In this document: piece after piece, positions 58,685 to 64,000 of the stretch
Position numbering within the stretch: position 1 is the stretch's first letter
Layout of the letters: the number at the start of each line of letters is the position of its first letter
From: the human T2T-CHM13v2.0 reference genome, Homo sapiens
Assembly (NCBI RefSeq): GCF_009914755.1
Contig: NC_060939.1
Direction: 5' to 3' (one strand)
Length of the DNA: 64,000 nucleotides
Position numbers and translations under genes: made by a program
The notes under the pieces: model-generated
Database searches by the model: none
What the model was told of the DNA's origin: nothing
The model's input: the letters and a program-made list of their open reading frames with translations, nothing else

Positions 58685-59249
58685 TTATGAAATTTTTTAA
58701 TAATCAGTTTTGCAGTCATTCTGTTTACTGAAAGAAGTGAAACATACACTTATTAATCCTTTGGAAGTTGAACCATCTGCAGTTTGACAAGAGCAGTTGG
58801 GAAATATTTTTGTTTTACTAATTTAGTAGAATAGCTGTAACCAAAGGCAATAGTTTATAAATATTGGGTATGTCTTATAAACAATGTTGAATTGTTTTTA
58901 TTAAAATTAACACATAAACTTTTGGGTATATTTTACATAATGAAATAAATATAAAGTTACATAAAAATCAAAGGCTATTTCTGCCAGATTTACGCATGAA
59001 ATTAAAAATATTGGGTCATCTAATTATCTTGAGTTTTAGCTTTCCCTTTCACTTTCCTGACAGATATTAAATAAACATGGTCTAAAGGAATTCACTGTAA
59101 AATTATTAGTATGAATAGGAGAGCTCTGTAATGTTGAAGGATATAACAGTAAATAAAGACCAATGAGTTTTTTCTTTCTTGGTAATAAGCAATAGGAAAA
59201 ATGGCAGGAAAAAGGCCTGATTAATAATACCAACAGAAAAATAACTAGA

Positions 59250-60185
59250 ATGAGTGTTATACAAATAGGAATTTCGTTTGACTGCAAGAAGCAGACACCT
59301 GTAGTAACATAACATATTAAGGAAATGTTGTGACATATAAAAGATAGTTCCAGAGATGGCAGTGAAGGGCTAACGTGGTCGTGACAACACCGAGGATCCT
59401 TTCCCCTTTCTTTTCCACCCTCTTAGCTGTAGGCTCCATTTCCGCAGATGCCTCATGATCTGGCATAGCTGCTCAAGTTCTCCCTGTCACATCATATGTC
59501 TTTCATCAGTTTTCAACTGCAGAGAACTGAATCTGCTCCAGCTACTTGACACACAAATGGCTCTATTCCTGTACTAAAGAGCTTCTGGAATCCTAGACAA
59601 GGCAGAAAAACAAACTCTATGTTAATATTTTGCGACTAACTTCCAAAGTCACCTGAGAAAACTGGGCCACCGAGGGAGTTATTGTCCCTTCTTGTCCCTA
59701 CTATGACCAAGAAGCTCCTTTCCTGATTGGAATGCTGCCACTCCACTTGCTGGGTCCAGAACCTCAGGGCTCCTGCACAGTGAGGGAGCTGCAATCCCAG
59801 GAAGCCACACAATCACAAAGCTATAATGATTGGGAATCTCGTACCACGGATGCTGTCTTCAGAACCAAGCTGTTTCTGCACCCATGACTTCAATGATCAG
59901 AAATGAAGTCCTCAGCAAATGCTTCTTCCCAGCACAACTGGATGCCTGCCTAATGGGGCTTGCCAGAAGGAACAACAGAAGCAACACCTCTCCATTTTGC
60001 TTTACATCTGCCTTCCAAATCATCACTTGTGTACCTGAGGGGTTGAGCATTCACTGCATACAAAAGCATAGCTGCAAGGAAATCTGGGGAAAGTCATTTT
60101 TAGCTTTCCAGTCTTTGAAACATAAGAAGACACTCTAGAAGGGAGTTGCAATAGACAATAAGTGCTAATTCACCATTCCACCAAA
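59250..60185 (-). mobile_element. Old MaLR (MLT1) LTR fragments
   Basis: aggaatttcgtttgactgcaag; ttttcaactgcagagaactgaatc...agctgcaaggaaatctgggga. Confidence 0.5.
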
Positions 60186-60291
60186 ATATTCCAGGAAAAG
60201 GGAAGGAGAAAGAAAGGGGAAGGATGAAAGGACATCCTCCTTCACCAGCTCAGTGATCTTTTTGTCTTTTTTGTTTTTAAATTTCATAGTC

Positions 60292-64000
<3,709 letters not shown>

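Overview
Primate (human-like) non-coding genomic DNA dominated by interspersed repeats: Alu, L1, MIR/L2, MaLR and ERV solo LTRs, and hAT and Tigger MITEs. I recognise no intact cellular protein-coding gene, RNA gene or CRISPR array. The only long ORFs are frameshifted pieces of an L1PA ORF2 at 60.3-64 kb. The most notable element is a heavily decayed but colinear Ty3/Gypsy LTR-retrotransposon fossil on the minus strand (~20.2-26.7 kb). Manual translation across stops and frameshifts gives a PNMA-like gag, then RT (HLDD for YLDD), RNase H, and integrase (Zn, DDE core, GPY/F), with protease apparently deleted. Also present are a possible second Gypsy gag-pro remnant (2.1-3.85 kb), a hAT Blackjack-type transposase fossil (~54.9-56.5 kb), and several local non-TE duplications. 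These include a ~180 bp motif-rich, enhancer-like segment present twice (31.35 and 34.31 kb), interleaved with an inverted duplication, and a 37 bp templated copy exactly 600 bp from its source. Repeat family names come from my recall of consensus sequences, not from a database search. Boundaries of old repeats are approximate.
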